Virus record (IMG/VR): IMGVR_UViG_3300014514_000015
Strand: one strand, 5' to 3'
From: a virus
Lineage: Duplodnaviria > Heunggongvirae > Uroviricota > Caudoviricetes
Length of the DNA: 6,093 nucleotides
Shown: in pieces, positions 5,509 to 6,093 of the stretch
Layout: each line of letters starts with the position of its first letter
Numbering within the stretch: position 1 is the first letter of the stretch
The notes under the pieces: model-generated
Databases searched by the model: none
What the model was told of the DNA's origin: nothing
What the model saw: only the letters and a program-made list of their open reading frames with translations
Translations under genes and position numbers: made by a program

Positions 5509-6048
5509 ATGAACGCAAAAATCAGATACGGCCTGTCGGCTGCCGTTCTGGCACTGATTGCCGTCGGTGCGCCCGCGCCTGATATTCTCGACCAGTTTCT
5601 GGATGAAAAAGAAGGTAACCACACAACGGCATACCGCGATGGTTCCGGCATCTGGACCATCTGTCGGGGTGCCACGATGGTGGATGGAAAACCCGTTTTT
5701 CCCGGTATGAAACTGNNNNNNNNNNNNNNNNNNNNNNNNNNNNNNNNNNNNNNNNNNNNNNNNNNNNNNNNNNNNNNNNNNNNNNNNNNNNTAAAGTACC
5801 ACTGACCGAACCACAAAAAGCGGGTATCGCGTCATTTTGTCCCTATAACATTGGCCCCGGTAAGTGTTTTCCATCGACGTTTTATAAGCGGCTGAATGCT
5901 GGTGATCGTAAGGGCGCATGCGAGGCGATTCGCTGGTGGATAAAAGATGGTGGGCGCGATTGCCGCATACGTTCAAATAACTGCTATGGACAGGTTATTC
6001 GTCGTGACCAAGAAAGCGCATTAGCCTGTTGGGGAATAGATCAGTGAG
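5509..6048 (+). CDS. SAR endolysin (T4-lysozyme-like, GH24), interrupted by an assembly gap and with an apparent +1 frameshift near the 3' end
   Basis: N-terminus MNAKIRYGLSAAVLALIAVGA is a signal-anchor-release domain; catalytic pattern E35-x8-D44-x5-T50. After the gap the translation VPLTEPQKAGIASFCPYNIGPGKCFPSTFYKRLNAGDRKGACEAIRWWIKDGGRDCRIRSNNCYGQVI continues the lysozyme fold. That frame stops at 6006-6008; the expected tail RRDQESALACWGIDQ is in the +1 frame and ends at TGA 6046-6048. Confidence 0.75.
5716..5791. other. Assembly gap of 76 N inside the endolysin gene
   Basis: Run of N; reading frames on either side are inconsistent with the gap length, so the length is an estimate (about 71 nt expected from homolog length). 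Confidence 0.95.
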
Positions 6049-6093
6049 CAGAGTCGCCGCGATTATTTATGCTCTGGTTATCTGCATCATCGT
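6045..6093 (+). CDS. Rz-type i-spanin, 5' end only (runs off the window)
   Basis: GTG at 6045 opens VSRVAAIIYALVICII, closely matching the lambda Rz N-terminus MSRVTAIISALVICIIV; overlaps the endolysin's expected stop (GTGA). Confidence 0.6.

Noticed and set aside
5434-5976. Minus-strand ORFs 5434..5976 and 5442..5816
   Set aside because: Both are translated through the N gap and are antisense to the endolysin; artefacts.
1-6093. CRISPR arrays, IS elements, integrase or att sites
   Set aside because: No spaced direct repeats, terminal inverted repeats or transposase/integrase-like ORFs; the window is internal to the prophage.

Overview
This window is a contiguous segment of a lambdoid (Qin-like / Stx-phage-like) prophage from an E. 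coli/Shigella-type genome, read left to right in the phage's rightward transcription direction. It runs from a sigma-28-driven flxA-like gene on the minus strand, through the relB-relE-hokD toxin-antitoxin cassette, a nin-like block (Rem-like ORF, DUF968/YdfU-like protein, RusA resolvase), the Q antiterminator with a PR'-like late promoter and tR', a three-tRNA operon (Ile-CAU, Arg-UCG, Arg-UCU), and a short gene-free cargo slot with convergent terminators, to the lysis cassette (S21-type dual-start pinholin, DUF1327 gene, SAR endolysin, start of Rz). No stx, csp or other cargo gene sits in the tRNA-to-holin slot. I found no clearly novel multi-gene system; the most interesting item is a candidate minus-strand small RNA unit in that cargo slot. 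The sequence looks like a draft assembly: a 76-N gap interrupts the endolysin, and an apparent +1 frameshift lies near its 3' end. All protein identifications rest on my reading of the translations and recalled family sequences, not on database searches.
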